IMG/VR virus record: IMGVR_UViG_2681813004_000010
Length of the DNA stretch: 18,165 bases
Source of the DNA: a virus
Lineage: Duplodnaviria; Heunggongvirae; Uroviricota; Caudoviricetes
Direction: 5' to 3' (one strand)
Shown: piece after piece, positions 17,808 through 18,165 of the stretch
Numbering within the stretch: position 1 is the first letter of the stretch
How the letters are laid out: every line of letters begins with the position of its first letter
Program-made: the position numbers and the translations under genes
The notes under the pieces: generated by a model
What the model was told of the DNA's origin: nothing
Seen by the model: the letters and a program-made list of their open reading frames with translations, nothing else
Databases searched by the model: none

Positions 17808-18165
17808 AACATACTGAACTCCGTGCAGCCGTACTGGATGCACTGGAGAAGCATGACACCGGGGCGACGCTTTTTGATGGTCGCCCCGGTGTTTTTGATG
17901 AGGCGGATTTTCCGGCAGTTGCCGTTTATCTCACCGGCGCTGAATACACGGGCGAAGAGCTGGACAGCGATACCTGGCAGGCGGAGCTGCATATCGAAGT
18001 TTTCCTGCCTGCTCAGGTGCCGGATTCAGAGCTGGATGCGTGGATGGAGTCCCGGATTTATCCGGTGATGAGCGATATCCCGGCACTGGCAGGACTGATT
18101 ACCACGATGGTTACGCAGGGCTATGAGTATCGTCGTGATGACGATATGGCGTTATGGAGTTCTGC
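17804..18165 (+). CDS. U: tail terminator protein gpU, 5' part (runs off the window end)
   Basis: MKHTELRAAVLDALEKHDTGATLFDGRPGVFDEADFPAVAVYLTGAEYTGEELDSDTWQAELHIEVFLPAQVPDSELDAWMESRIYPVMSDIPALAGLITTMVTQGYEYRRDDDMALWSS… matches lambda gpU. No stop before the end of the window. Confidence 0.88.
   Translation, partial: MKHTELRAAVLDALEKHDTGATLFDGRPGVFDEADFPAVAVYLTGAEYTGEELDSDTWQAELHIEVFLPAQVPDSELDAWMESRIYPVMSDIPALAGLITTMVTQGYEYRRDDDMALWSS

Overview
This window is a lambda-like (lambdoid, enterobacterial) phage head and packaging region, present as two overlapping but non-identical copies, with an ~8.7 kb integrase-bearing satellite-like (P4/PICI-type) island between them. All lambda comparisons are from my memory of lambda proteins and gene spacing, not from a search. 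Left part (1-4941): 3' part of terminase large subunit A, then W, portal B, protease C with nested scaffold Nu3, decoration protein D, and only the first ~82 codons of capsid gene E. At ~4912 the lambda-like sequence stops and the island begins: P4-type tyrosine integrase, AlpA, an AT-rich 305-aa cargo ORF with terminator, a divergent small RHH-type regulator with three GTGTTCAACAC operator-like repeats, three small translationally coupled ORFs, a P4-family primase/helicase, an iteron-rich origin, an SSB gene broken by an 82-bp tandem duplication, a gpE-like major capsid homolog, a gpD-like decoration homolog and a second AlpA-like HTH gene. Directly after that comes a lambda-type cos site, Nu1, and a second copy of A that is fused after codon ~575 straight onto the last ~105 codons of E, followed by FI, FII, Z and the start of U. 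No intact lambda-type E gene exists in the window; the only intact major capsid gene is the island's. The most interesting candidates are the island itself, its own capsid and decoration homologs, the AT-rich cargo gene (possible anti-phage defence), and the AlpA-like gene abutting cos. Whether the two lambdoid copies are tandem prophages, a segmental duplication or an assembly join cannot be decided without the flanks.
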